The position numbers and the translations under genes are program-made. Positions 22,628 to 33,239 of a DNA stretch of 64,000 bases are shown piece by piece; positions within the stretch are counted from its first letter, which is position 1; the number at the start of each line of letters is the position of its first letter. The notes below the pieces were generated by a model. The model searched no databases and was not told where the DNA came from. It saw nothing but the letters and a program-made list of their open reading frames with translations. Origin of the DNA: Candidatus Bathyarchaeota archaeon. Its GTDB lineage: Archaea > Thermoproteota > Bathyarchaeia > Bathyarchaeales > DTEX01. The stretch is taken from contig CAVQNT010000004.1 in the NCBI GenBank assembly GCA_963714275.1, forward strand, positions 32,001 to 96,000. Direction: 5' to 3'.

Positions 22628-23987
22628 CTAAAGATATTTAGTCAGCCTTTCTTGGTACAAAGTGTCTTTTAAAAGGGTGCTTGTTTGAACCCAATTGTCA
22701 AGACTGATTGCGAATCTTGAGTTAATGTGGTTCATGGCTTCGCCAAGAGTGCTGAAATTATGTGGTTCTTTTCGGAAGGCTTCCCTTACGCATTCACGGT
22801 TTATCCATACGCCCAAGGGCACGATGAAGTTAGGATGGATCTTCCCTCATGGCAATGACGCTGGCTTGTCTTCCTTCTTTTGCCAAGAACTCCGCTGCAG
22901 CCAGCCGAACCGCGTAGTAGCAGCCACCTATTGAGGCATAGGTTGTTCGACCTCTGTATCCTTCCCAGTCTGCTCCCATCGCAATGTCCTGTCCCTTCGG
23001 GTTCCACACTGTTCCGGGATACCACGCTTCTATCCACTCGTATCTCCAGCTGGAAGGAGTCAGCAAAACTAAGAATCGGTTTCCAAGGTGGCTGAACTCG
23101 TAGATTCTGTACCCGTTTATTTGCGGCTTCCCCTTCACTTGGTCCTCAATCAGGTTCCTCGAAATCGATGAATCGACAGCCGTTATGCTCCATCTCGTCG
23201 GAACCATCCGCCTCTGGTCCCTAAGCCCGAAGGCGCCAACACTGAATGCTCTTTGAATCTTCGAAACGGGAACGCTGTCCGAATAAAGGTTTTGAATCGC
23301 ACTTTCAGCTTTCAAGTCAGCGTCTCCGTAGGCTTTTTCGATTCTCGAATCAGACCTGAAGCTTCCGACATCCATGTTTCGTAGGACTGCTGAGGGTCCC
23401 ATGGGTTGTACTTCGCTGTCCAACAACAGTCTTCCAGACGGTTTCTTGTTAAAAGTGACTTCTGTCTCAACGGAGTCTCTTGACAACGCAACCTCGAGAG
23501 TCTTGTCTATAAATTTTTTGTTTTGAAAGGGCTTTGTGATATTTACCCTGAACTTTGCCCGAACGAGGTTTGTCCTGAAACCTATTATTTCATTCACTGT
23601 CTTCCCAAGCCACTGTTCAGGCGAATCATAAAGGGCGGTGTCTCCCAGCACTGGCGGAACTAAGGGTCCAGCATAGACATGCGGATACCCAATGCGTCCC
23701 ACAAACACTCCAGGAGGAGACGAACCACGTAAACGGTCGGAGTTAACGGAACTTTCAGCTTTTATAAAAGAATACAATTTAAGAATGGCTGGACACTGAG
23801 GCTTTCCGCACAGCATCTTGCTACCTCTGCAAACAAGGCAAAGGCTTCCTTCTCGTACTTGAACCTCCATGACTGAGGAGTCAACATTAAAGTCTCCTGC
23901 AATTTTTATGTCATTAATTATGTGTCCTACCCAAGGAACTTTCCGCTTGATTTTTTTGATGAACTTTTTGTTCAACCCTGACCTCAA
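22628..23987 (-). CDS. nreA: Nre-family DNA repair protein with C-terminal PIP box (frameshift near 22835)
   Basis: CLVCRGSKMLCGKPQCP, SPPGVFVGRIGYP, VPTRWSITAVD, GGCYYA, PLGVWINRE, terminal QERLTKYL. Confidence 0.88.
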
Positions 23988-24188
23988 GATTTCCTCACAT
24001 TCTTAATATGGTTTCAAGAAACGAGTTGATTGTTGGGAAAAATTATAGTTACATTTTTCACATATAAAAATGTCTACTTTTATTTGATATACTTTAGTAT
24101 TAGGGCAGCATGTTTTGAATATGCTTTTTGAAACTAAGTGTAATGGTTTAGACCAGTTTATGTTCTTTCTTTTTGATAATCAGGCTAG

Positions 24189-24490
24189 CTCACTAATGCA
24201 GTAGACGCAATGCCTCAAGGCGGCAACCTCACAATAAACAGCCAGATACATCAAGATAACTTGGAAGTCACATTCACCGATACTGGATAAGGCATACCTC
24301 TTGAGGTCATAGAAAAACTCTGGACACCCTTCTTCACGACGAAAACGAAGGGGTTGGGACTTGGTTAGCAAAATGTTAACGCATCATAGAGGCGCATGGC
24401 GGTCGAATTTCAGTAGAAAGTGTTGTGGGAAAAGGAACGATATTTCGGATAACGCTTCCAGTTAGAGGACCAATTAAGGACAAAAATTAG
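24189..24490 (+). pseudogene. Remnant of a histidine-kinase HATPase_c domain
   Basis: TNAVDAMPQGG...FTDTG*GIP...PFFTTKTKGLGLG*...IEAHGGRISVESVVGKGTIFRITLP; in-frame stops at 24288 and 24366; no N-terminus. Confidence 0.85.
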
Positions 24491-24611
24491 AATTGCACCC
24501 AACGCCTTTGGCACAAACAATGAGAAGTTTTTAGTAAGCATAACTCACCCACAAATTGGCTTGTTTCAAAATAAGCTACTCAATCCTGAGCTAGCTGGCT
24601 AACTAGTTTTT

Positions 24612-25604
24612 TTAAAGGAATCTTTTCACTGAAATTTCCTTGTTTCTTTTTGCTGATTCCAAGGCTGCGACGACTATGGCAAGGCTTTTGATGTTGTCTT
24701 TGCCGCTTGTTTCAGGTTGCCTGTTTTGTTTAATTGATTCCGCGAACTCGTAGAGTGAGTAGTGTCGGTCCTCAACAGGCATTAAAATCAAACTTTCTTC
24801 GGCAGATGTTCTTGGTTCCCCAGAACTGACCTCAACATTCTTGTCCCAGTGTATTCCGCCGTTTGAGCATTCGATTCGCCAGTCGCCGTCCCATGTTGTT
24901 TCCCAGCCAAGTGAAACCCAGCTACCAAAATAGGTTAGTTGAAGACCATTCTCCATTTTAAAGACTACAGATGTGCATGGGTCTCCTTCGAACCAGCTCC
25001 AGCTGGGACGCCAGGTTCTGCAGTAAAGGCTTTCTGCTTCGGTGTTGAAGATGTACCTCATCATGTCGAAGTGGTGGATCGACATGTCGACGAGAAGCGG
25101 ATACTCCATTTTTAGTCGGAACCCAGAAAACCGCGGAGCTTTATGGAAGTTTATAATCACATAATTTGGCTTTCCAGCCTTTTCGGTTTCAAGCAGCTTT
25201 CTAATTGTCCGTGGTCCCTTCCTGAACCTGTAATTTTGGCTCACCATCAGTTTAAGGTTCTTTTTCTTGGCTTCAGCGACCATTTTTTTGGCGCTTTCAA
25301 TGGTGTCAGCAATCGGCTTCTCAGTTAAAACATGAAGCCCCGCCTTGAGTGCCCTGATTGCGACCTCAGCGTGAAAGGCAGGTGGTACAACAATTAAGAC
25401 TGCGTCAGCCTCGATTTTTTCAAGGGCGTCATCTAAGCTTGTGAAGCACCTGTTTTTTGGCATCTCATGTGCTTTGGCTGCCTCTTTTAACACTTCTTCA
25501 TTTATGTCGACATATGCTTCTGCTTTGACGTATTTTGATTCTTTCACGACATCTGTCCAGCTATTCCCAAAGCCTCCCACGCCGACCTGAATCAACCTTA
25601 ACAT
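24612..25604 (-). CDS. Gfo/Idh/MocA oxidoreductase
   Basis: QVGVGGFG, HVLTEKP, SQNYRF, DMSIHHFD. Confidence 0.92.
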   Translation of the reverse strand: MLRLIQVGVGGFGNSWTDVVKESKYVKAEAYVDINEEVLKEAAKAHEMPKNRCFTSLDDALEKIEADAVLIVVPPAFHAEVAIRALKAGLHVLTEKPIADTIESAKKMVAEAKKKNLKLMVSQNYRFRKGPRTIRKLLETEKAGKPNYVIINFHKAPRFSGFRLKMEYPLLVDMSIHHFDMMRYIFNTEAESLYCRTWRPSWSWFEGDPCTSVVFKMENGLQLTYFGSWVSLGWETTWDGDWRIECSNGGIHWDKNVEVSSGEPRTSAEESLILMPVEDRHYSLYEFAESIKQNRQPETSGKDNIKSLAIVVAALESAKRNKEISVKRFL

Positions 25605-25748
25605 TCAGATTCCTCAGCTGAATTTATCCTATAATTTCATTTTTCCATGTTTTATTTCTTTCAGTGAAGTATTAGCGACCTTGAAGAAAAACGGAAGATA
25701 CTTGGCTCTGATGATTGCCGGAAAATTGCTTTCTGTTTATTCCAAAGA

Positions 25749-26351
25749 TTATTCGATGTTTATTGGTTCTCCTTTCGGGTTCTCGTCTTCCTTCTTTTTG
25801 AGCGTGACTTCCAATACTCCGTTCTTGTATGAAGACTTGGCTTCTTTGGGATCGACCTTTGAAGGCAGCTCGACTTCCTTGAAGTATTTGTGTTGAGGTA
25901 TGTCAACCAAGATTGTTAGGCTTCTTTCTGTCCCTTGAATCTTAATGTCTTTCTTGTCGACGCCTGGCAATTCAACTATGACTCTGATTTCGTTGTTTGA
26001 TGGAATGATGTCAACTAGGGGTTCCCTTTCCTCCTTAATGTTTATCTGGGGCTTTCCGAACTTGGCTTCAGTTTTGACGTTGCCAAACTGTCTTATTTGG
26101 GGTTTACCGTCAGGACCCACAGTTACGCTGTATCCGTAGACGAAGGGTCCCATTTCGTTCACTTTGGAGCCATCTGGAAGTGTCCTTTCTCGGATGAGAT
26201 CTTTTGGAACTCTCTTCGACATTTCTTCGAACTCTTTATGTATCATTTCTTCCATCTGTTTGAAGACGTCGTCAAAATCTTCGGGGAAGAATCCTCTAAA
26301 AAATGGTATTCTCCTACGTTTAAACCATCTGTCTTCTTCATCGTCAGACAA
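25749..26351 (-). CDS. hsp20: Archaeal small heat shock protein Hsp20
   Basis: GPFVYGYSVTVGPDGKP, REPLVD, ELPGV, YKNGVLEV. Confidence 0.93.
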   Translation of the reverse strand: MSDDEEDRWFKRRRIPFFRGFFPEDFDDVFKQMEEMIHKEFEEMSKRVPKDLIRERTLPDGSKVNEMGPFVYGYSVTVGPDGKPQIRQFGNVKTEAKFGKPQINIKEEREPLVDIIPSNNEIRVIVELPGVDKKDIKIQGTERSLTILVDIPQHKYFKEVELPSKVDPKEAKSSYKNGVLEVTLKKKEDENPKGEPINIE

Positions 26352-26475
26352 GATGCTTCGCCAAAATTAAGCTTGTAGAACGGAATTTAAAAACGTATCG
26401 TGTTCTTAGGAAAACGTCCTTAATAATTTATCTACTCAATCGTACATTCATTGAATTAAACACAGGTGACAGTTA

Positions 26476-27165
26476 TTGGTTAATGAGCACATGGGGGTAG
26501 CCATCAAGGCAAAAACGGTTTCTGAAGCTTGGCAAAAAGCTGTTTTTGAATGCTGGAACAGGGGAGCCCAAGTTCCCACCGAGTACGGGGAAATGTCAAA
26601 AGAGCTACTTGGCCTGATTGTTGTTGTTGAGGAGCCGTTCGCTGAGCCTCGGGTTCACAGGGGAGACTTGCTTGTGGCTGTGAAGGATTCGCTTACGAAA
26701 TACTACGATGAGGTGCTGCGTGGAACACTTGACAACGCGGTTAAGGAGGGAAAGATTCACTACACATACCACGAGAGGCTGTTCAGTTACCCGCCCAAGG
26801 CAATTTCGCAGATTGACTACGTGATAAGAAAGCTTCAGGAAACACATTATTCGAGGCGGGCTCAAGCCATAACTTGGGACCCCGAAAAAGACGTGTGGGT
26901 TGACTCTCCACCTTGTCTCCAAAGGGTCTGGTGCACCATAAGAGACGGCAAGCTCGTCCTTCACACGAGTTGGCGCAGCCGAGACATCTTTCGAGCCATG
27001 CACATGAATATGCTTGCTTTAACTGAGCTCCAAAAAATGGTCAGCGGACAATTAAACGTTGAAGTAGGTCCATACTTGGATTTCTCGAACAGCGCCCACA
27101 TCTACGAAAAAACTTACGGAGACGTAGAACGCTTTATCCGTGTGGTTGAAAGACGCTCACATTGA
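26476..27165 (+). CDS. thyA: Thymidylate synthase family protein (archaeal ThyA-like)
   Basis: YTYHERL, SRRAQAITW, PPCLQ, WRSRD, SAHIYE. Confidence 0.8.
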   Translation: MVNEHMGVAIKAKTVSEAWQKAVFECWNRGAQVPTEYGEMSKELLGLIVVVEEPFAEPRVHRGDLLVAVKDSLTKYYDEVLRGTLDNAVKEGKIHYTYHERLFSYPPKAISQIDYVIRKLQETHYSRRAQAITWDPEKDVWVDSPPCLQRVWCTIRDGKLVLHTSWRSRDIFRAMHMNMLALTELQKMVSGQLNVEVGPYLDFSNSAHIYEKTYGDVERFIRVVERRSH

Positions 27166-27193
27166 AATTGTATATTTGAAATCTGTATGTTTT

Positions 27194-27622
27194 TTATTCG
27201 CCTATCACTTGGACCTGAATCTGCCTTGTTCGAGGACCATCCATTTCTATGACGAGTACAGATTGCCAGGTGCCAAGCTGCATTTTCCCGTTTTCAAGAG
27301 GTACCATGACACTGGGCTTAACCAAACAATTCAGAATATGAGCGTGGGCGTTCTGCTCGCTTGCCATCCAACTGTACTTAGCATTATGGCGATAGTTGTC
27401 GTTTATGGGAGCTAGATTTTCAAGGGCTGTTAGGATGTCGTCCCATAGATCCGTGTCATGTTCGTTCACTGCGATGGCTGCTGTTGCGTGAGGAACCCAA
27501 AGGTGAACCAGCCCGTTTACGATTCTGCTTTCTTCAACAACATTGGCAACAGTGTTTGTTATGTCTTGAATCTCCATTCTTTTATGGGTTGATATTGTGA
27601 ATTCCTTGCGGTATATTTTCAT
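27194..27622 (-). CDS. YjbQ/UPF0047 family protein
   Basis: PHATAAIAVNE, NAHAHI, LGTWQ...EMDGPR. Confidence 0.9.
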   Translation of the reverse strand: MKIYRKEFTISTHKRMEIQDITNTVANVVEESRIVNGLVHLWVPHATAAIAVNEHDTDLWDDILTALENLAPINDNYRHNAKYSWMASEQNAHAHILNCLVKPSVMVPLENGKMQLGTWQSVLVIEMDGPRTRQIQVQVIGE

Positions 27623-27692
27623 GGTTTCACCCTCATCCTTCACGGTATGCATAATACATTTTTTTGGGAGATAATGTTAGCTTCGTTGAATC

Positions 27693-28340
27693 TTATTTTA
27701 GCACTTTTCCTGTTTCCATGTACCAGAGGTAAAGGTCAAGTTCAGCCATGTTGAGGTCCGCCTTTTTCGCGATGTGCCTCAGTAATTCCTCGATTTCGAG
27801 ATACCTTCTTTTTGTGACGGTCTTAGGTTTTTCGATTAACCCATGTCTAACTAACACGTCGACGATGTGGAAATCGATGATGGCAAAATCGGTGAAGCCT
27901 ACATTTCTGAGAAAGTGACTCGATTCCTTAGGTCCGAAGCCTTTGACCTCTGCGATTAGCCATTCTCTCAATTTTTGCTTATCATCGAAGGACGCGATTG
28001 TGTTCTTTAAGGGGCCTTCGTGCTTCCTTGCCTCAACAATGTACCTTGCTCTCGTGTTCGGGAAGCGGTGACCTAAGGTTTTCAATCTTTGCGCGAGCCT
28101 TTTTTCAGGCAAATTTAGGAAGCCGTCTCCTACTGTGTTCTGGATTTTTATACTTCGTTCGACTGTGAAGTTTGCGCAAAGTATGCAGAAGCACAACTCC
28201 TTGAACAATTCGCTGCTGGGCTTCTTTGCCATTTCTTTAAATTGTGCTGTTCGGGCTTGTACCAGCTGTTTGACCTCGCTTCTTTTTAGCGTTTCAATGG
28301 TTTCGAGCAGTTTTTCAGCAGAATCCGATTTGTTTGTCAT
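27693..28340 (-). CDS. ogg: 8-oxoguanine DNA glycosylase/AP lyase (archaeal Ogg)
   Basis: ELCFCILCAN, HRFPNTRA, KGFGPKESSHFLRNVG, AIIDFHI, LDLYLWYMETGKVLK. Confidence 0.93.
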   Translation of the reverse strand: MTNKSDSAEKLLETIETLKRSEVKQLVQARTAQFKEMAKKPSSELFKELCFCILCANFTVERSIKIQNTVGDGFLNLPEKRLAQRLKTLGHRFPNTRARYIVEARKHEGPLKNTIASFDDKQKLREWLIAEVKGFGPKESSHFLRNVGFTDFAIIDFHIVDVLVRHGLIEKPKTVTKRRYLEIEELLRHIAKKADLNMAELDLYLWYMETGKVLK

Positions 28341-28421
28341 GATTTCTCCCTTGTCATATCTTTTCCGCAACTTCATTGTAGTAAGCTCATGATTAGGAGT
28401 ATAATATTCAGCTTCTAGCAA

Positions 28422-28583
28422 CTATACTTGTACATTGAATATTGTTCTTGCTACCTAGCCTATGATGGAAGAAACCGTTGCGACTCCGAGGCTTATGAAC
28501 AGCATTTCGAGGAACAACCTTTTGAAGGACAGCTCCTTGACTACCGAAAGGAAGAACGTGAAGAACAAGACAACCGAAACCAT
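28422..28583 (-). pseudogene. C-terminal remnant of a VIT1/CCC1-like membrane protein
   Basis: MVSVVLFFTFFLSVVKELSFKRLFLEMLFISLGVATVSSIIG*VARTIFNVQV*; in-frame TAG at 28455-28457. Confidence 0.55.
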
Positions 28584-28725
28584 GTTGTGGTTAAGCTCGA
28601 CTTTTCTTATAGCTTTGGTATGGACTCATGTATTCTAAAGAACCTTTTTATGCAATACTTTAAATGTTTCTCTCGTTGAGTATTCAAGAAAAATTGTATA
28701 TATTAAACTATGCTGAACATCTTCA

Positions 28726-29385
28726 GTGAAATGTATGAGAAAAAAGGCTTTTGTGAACATTGCTGCTGTAATCGTAACCGCCATCATTTCAGCCTTTATT
28801 CTCTACGAGACGTTGTTCACGGGCAGTCTATTGCAGGAAGCTGGGCTTCTAGGCATTTTTTTGGCTTCGTTGTTCAGCCACCTGACCGTCATCGGCAGAG
28901 ACATGTTTGTTCCCGCGTTCATTAACCTGATGAAATACTACAATCCTGTCGTTCTCGGGTTTTCCGCTGGGCTGGGGGCAGCATTAGGCGAAGTTTCCAC
29001 CTATTATTGGGGACGGGGGATACAGGAAGCCTTCCAAGAAAACAGCCAAAGCAGCGTGGTCACAAAGTGGATTGAAAAATACGGTTTTCTTGCCATCTTG
29101 CTGGTCGCGTCTTCGCCATTACCTGATACACCCATCGTATTGCTTGCTGGAACCGTAAGGTTTCCGTTCAAGAAATTTTTGATTATTCAGATTATTGGGA
29201 AAACCGCGTATTACTCTTTAGGCGCAGTTGTCGGAGGCGCCATTTTTCAGGGATTAAGCAATTATATAGAAGAATGGATTCTTTCAGCAGTCGTGTTGGC
29301 GGGCTCCATCGTGCTTTGTGTATTGGCTTCTTGGAGCAAAAGTAGAGAATGGATCATACATCTACTAAGAAAAATTTTACACTAA
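28726..29385 (+). CDS. DedA/VTT (SNARE-associated) membrane protein
   Basis: GLGAALGEVSTYYWG, SPLPDTPIVLLAG, IGK motif. Confidence 0.8.
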   Translation: MKCMRKKAFVNIAAVIVTAIISAFILYETLFTGSLLQEAGLLGIFLASLFSHLTVIGRDMFVPAFINLMKYYNPVVLGFSAGLGAALGEVSTYYWGRGIQEAFQENSQSSVVTKWIEKYGFLAILLVASSPLPDTPIVLLAGTVRFPFKKFLIIQIIGKTAYYSLGAVVGGAIFQGLSNYIEEWILSAVVLAGSIVLCVLASWSKSREWIIHLLRKILH

Positions 29386-29499
29386 ATTATTGAGACTGGT
29401 TTAATCAAGCACAATTTTTGGTACTCTTGGAAATGTAGTTATGTTTATACTTTTGTTGTGTCATTGTTTGTTGTCGAGTCTGGTCGGTTGGTTGCTGCT

Positions 29500-30927
29500 A
29501 TGGTTCTGATGGTCCATAACACTTTGGGAAAGAGGCTGGAAAAGTTTGTCCCGTTACACAAGAAGGAGGTTCGAATGTATGTTTGTGGTCCAACCGTCTA
29601 CGATTATGTTCACATCGGTAATGCAAGGGCTTTTGTCGTGGCTGACGTTGTCCGCCGATACCTTGAGCATAGGGGATTCAAGGTTAGGCTCGTCTGCAAC
29701 GTGACCGACATCGACGACAAGACCATAAACAGAGCAAACGATTCGGGAATGAGCGTCCAGCAGCTCGGCGACTACTTCACCGAAGCCTACATAAAGGACA
29801 TGGCGTCGCTGAACATTAAAGAGGCTGACGTAAGTCCAAGGGCGACCAAGCATGTCCCTGAAATAATCGAGACAATTGAGACCTTAGTTAAGAACGGGTA
29901 CGCCTACGAAGTTGACGGAGACGTTTACTTCGACGTCGCAAAGTTCAAGGAATACGGTAAGCTCTCAGGAAACAAGGCTGAAGCCCTGCAAGCAGGCGCC
30001 AGAATTGAGGTTGACCCGAAGAAAAGAAGCCCAGCAGATTTTACGGTTTGGAAGGCTTGGAAAAAGGGCGAGCCCGGCTGGTACAGTCCTTGGGGGAAGG
30101 GTAGACCCGGATGGCACATTGAATGTTCGACCATGGCGACAAAATATCTCGGGGAGACCTTCGACATTCACATGGGCGGGAAGGACCTGATTTTTCCTCA
30201 TCACGAGAACGAGGTTGCCCAATCCGAAGCTGCGAACGGAAAACCGTTTGCTAGGTACTGGCTTCACAACGAATGGTTAACTGTGGACGGGAACAAGATG
30301 TCGAAGTCTCTGGGCAACTTTGTCACTGTCCGCGAAGCCTCGAAAATGTGTAAGCCACGGATTCTACGTTTTTTCCTAATCTCTGCCCATTACCGTAGCC
30401 CAGTTGATTTTAACAAGGAAGCCTTGAAGGTTGCGGAAACAAACCTTGAGAGGCTGTTGAATGCTTTGAAGAGGTTTGAGGGTCTTCGGGAAAAACGAGT
30501 CCGCGGGTCTGGAGAGGAAAAACTTTTATCCGATGTTAAGGGCGCAAAGACGAAGTTCGAGGAAGCCATGAACAACGATTTCAACACGTCTCTGGCGATT
30601 TCGGCGCTTTATGACCTCGCCAAATCCTTGTATGGTTACATTAAAAGCAACAGCGAAATAGAAACTAAGGCAAAGAAAGAAGTCTCGGAGACTTTCAGGG
30701 AACTTTTGGACGTTCTGGGCGTGGAAACCTCGTCCGCTGAGCTGGAAACTGAACAGGCAAAGCTTGCGGATGACCTTGTCCAGTTGGTCATTGATTTAAG
30801 AAAAGAGTTGAAGGACCGCAAAGAATGGGACGTTGCAGACAAGGTTAGGCTTGGACTTCAGGACATCGAAATAGAATTGGAAGACACGCCCGAAGGAACA
30901 AGGTGGAAAAGGAAAAGAAAAGGCTAG
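29500..30927 (+). CDS. cysS: Cysteinyl-tRNA synthetase
   Basis: YVCGPTVY, HIGN, GRPGWHIECS, FPHHENE, KMSKS. Confidence 0.97.
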   Translation: MVLMVHNTLGKRLEKFVPLHKKEVRMYVCGPTVYDYVHIGNARAFVVADVVRRYLEHRGFKVRLVCNVTDIDDKTINRANDSGMSVQQLGDYFTEAYIKDMASLNIKEADVSPRATKHVPEIIETIETLVKNGYAYEVDGDVYFDVAKFKEYGKLSGNKAEALQAGARIEVDPKKRSPADFTVWKAWKKGEPGWYSPWGKGRPGWHIECSTMATKYLGETFDIHMGGKDLIFPHHENEVAQSEAANGKPFARYWLHNEWLTVDGNKMSKSLGNFVTVREASKMCKPRILRFFLISAHYRSPVDFNKEALKVAETNLERLLNALKRFEGLREKRVRGSGEEKLLSDVKGAKTKFEEAMNNDFNTSLAISALYDLAKSLYGYIKSNSEIETKAKKEVSETFRELLDVLGVETSSAELETEQAKLADDLVQLVIDLRKELKDRKEWDVADKVRLGLQDIEIELEDTPEGTRWKRKRKG

Positions 30928-31244
30928 CTTCCGTGCTTACGCCGAATTTAGGCTTTCTGCCACTCCCAAAATTACTCAATTTATAAAATCTACGGAATCA
31001 AGCGTTTAGACAGGTATGTTTTGTTCATCATCCGAATCTGCATTTTGAACAACACACGGCATCGTCTTGAACTTGTCTGATTTGTGTGACAATACTAGAG
31101 CTTATGAAACAAACATTACACTATTTCGTGGAAGCTCAGCTCACTTTAAAACCATACTTTTTTTTACACGTTTTTTTTGATTGATATTTTTTGTTTCCAC
31201 AAATAGATCCTTCACTGATGATGATTTTAGATCTTTTTTGTATC

Positions 31245-31467
31245 GTGGGCGCAGTTGTGTTCCGCGCAACTAACACTCGGCATCATCGCGAGGCGGGCAC
31301 GCCATTCTCAGCCAAGCTCTCTCTTACGCGGCTTTTCTGGCGCCCACGCCCGCCTTGTCCCGCTTCTGGGTAAACTCTCCATCACTGAAGGATGCGGAAG
31401 CATCCGTCTTTGTCGAGTCCGTCTAGGCGGGCCCATTTATGGGTTAGGCGGGATTAACTGAGCTCAT
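31245..31467 (+). ncRNA. Candidate structured non-coding RNA (unassigned family)
   Basis: GC-rich island in an AT-rich spacer; nested stems 31245-56/31456-67, 31275-82/31411-18, 31288-98/31348-58; GGATGC-GGAA-GCATCC hairpin; G-U pairs favour the + strand. Confidence 0.5.
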
Positions 31468-31541
31468 ATCATCGCCATTCTAGACTGTGATGCGGTTTTT
31501 AGATAAACATTTCTATATTAGGCTCGTAGGCAGCGAATTGT

Positions 31542-33239
31542 TCAAGTTTTTTCCAAGAGGTATTGCCCTAACTTGTTAAGGTTGATTTCGAAAGCAGCAG
31601 CTGGGTTTTCTAAGCCCCAGTTCTGAAGCACCTGAGGGTGAATTTCGCCCATGAACCCTAGTTCTATACCCTTAACAACTATTTTGCCCATTCTGCCTTC
31701 GATGAAGCTTCCGTGACGAGCTTCAGTCAGCGAGTAGGAAGCCCCTAGGTTAACGAGTAAAGCGTCAAGCATAGATTTTGCTTCAGTGAAGCTTGCGTTT
31801 GAATGAAGCGTTACACAGGCAAGAGTTTCGATGTCGCTTGTTCTGTTTTCTTTTTCTTCGTCATGGATGACGCAGTATCCGACCTCAAAAATTTTCTGCG
31901 GATATTCCACGTGAGTGTTGTGACCAAGAAACTCCATTAGGCTTGGAAGCAGCCAGTTTCTTAGGCAAGTCATTGACGCAAGTCTCGGATTTGCAATTTC
32001 GACGACCCTTTGCGGCTCAATGTTCATCTTCGTGGACAAAACCTCAGGAGCTGTCATAATGTAGGTTAGGGTTTCTTGAAACCCAAGTCCTACCATTAAT
32101 TCTCTTATGAGGTCGCAGAACCCAGTTTCATGCGACAAAGCCCCAATCGTCAGCAGCTGCGGCCATCTCGGCTGTATTCGGTTATAGTTGTATACTATGG
32201 CAATGTCCTCAACCACGTCAATCGGGTGAAGCACATCCACGCGGTAACACGGAACCTTCACAGTTACCTCGGATTTTGTAGCCTTGACCACGCCGTAACG
32301 GGCTTTCCCCAGAAGCCCCCTGATTTCTTTGGCACTCAGCTGCATTCCTATGACTTTGTGGATGTAGTCAACATCCAGTCTGATGGTTTCGCCTTTAAGG
32401 TTAGGTGTCGTCATGTTCGCCGTTTCCTTGTATGGGTAGCGGATTTTTACTGAATGGATGCTTCCCCCACGGTCAGCTAACGCAAGCGTAACATTCGTTA
32501 AAGTGTTAAGAACGGTGCCAATAGCTGTCCCCGTAACCTCAACAAGAATGTTTTCCGTTTCAGAGGTAACCCGTCCTAGATCATTCGAGTTTATTACGGG
32601 CGGGAACGAGAGAACCTTGTTTTCGGAATCCGTGAAAATTGGCCACATAGGATGACTGCGGACGATGTACCCATATTCCATTCCCTTGGGATGTTTTTCC
32701 AGAATTTCTACAAGAGTCAGCTTCTCAGAAAAATCAAGTGGCACAAAACTGACTACTTTTGGATTAGCGACTCCATAACGAAGCGGAGGATTAATCAAAT
32801 CAAAATCATAAAGACCAATAGACGTTCTTCTTCGGTTTCTACCGTAAGTCTGGTCCATCTTATCTTGGAAATGCATTATTTGGCGGATCGCCACATCCGA
32901 GAGTTTGACGCCTTTCATTACGGAACAAGCAATGTATGGGCGTATATTCTTCAGCTTCGAGTCTACGTGAACAACGACTCCAGAACTGCCCTCTATTTCA
33001 TAATTTTTTGGTCCTGTCTCAAGTCCGAGGTATCCTCTTAAGGCTCTGGCTAGTCCTTCGACGCTCCAGATGTCAGCGCGGTTGCTGTCTTTTAACTCTA
33101 CTCGGATTTCCTGAGACTCAAGGTTTTTTGCTTCGCCCTTGACGTATGACAGTATGTCGTTGAGTTCCTCTTCGTCTCGAGGCAGCTTCATGCCAAGTAA
33201 TGATTCTAGGTCTTCAAGTTCAACTTCGATAGTCGGCAC
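31542..33239 (-). CDS. pheT: Phenylalanyl-tRNA synthetase beta subunit
   Basis: NRADIWSVEGLAR, LSFPPVINS, YRVDVLHPIDVVEDIAI, GEIHPQVL. Confidence 0.95.
   Translation of the reverse strand: MPTIEVELEDLESLLGMKLPRDEEELNDILSYVKGEAKNLESQEIRVELKDSNRADIWSVEGLARALRGYLGLETGPKNYEIEGSSGVVVHVDSKLKNIRPYIACSVMKGVKLSDVAIRQIMHFQDKMDQTYGRNRRRTSIGLYDFDLINPPLRYGVANPKVVSFVPLDFSEKLTLVEILEKHPKGMEYGYIVRSHPMWPIFTDSENKVLSFPPVINSNDLGRVTSETENILVEVTGTAIGTVLNTLTNVTLALADRGGSIHSVKIRYPYKETANMTTPNLKGETIRLDVDYIHKVIGMQLSAKEIRGLLGKARYGVVKATKSEVTVKVPCYRVDVLHPIDVVEDIAIVYNYNRIQPRWPQLLTIGALSHETGFCDLIRELMVGLGFQETLTYIMTAPEVLSTKMNIEPQRVVEIANPRLASMTCLRNWLLPSLMEFLGHNTHVEYPQKIFEVGYCVIHDEEKENRTSDIETLACVTLHSNASFTEAKSMLDALLVNLGASYSLTEARHGSFIEGRMGKIVVKGIELGFMGEIHPQVLQNWGLENPAAAFEINLNKLGQYLLEKT

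Noticed and set aside
31432-31452. CTAACCC on the - strand as a telomerase-like template, or an HDV-like ribozyme fold
   Set aside because: A 7-mer is expected by chance, no reverse transcriptase is in the window, and the HDV P1/P1.1/P3 requirements are not met.
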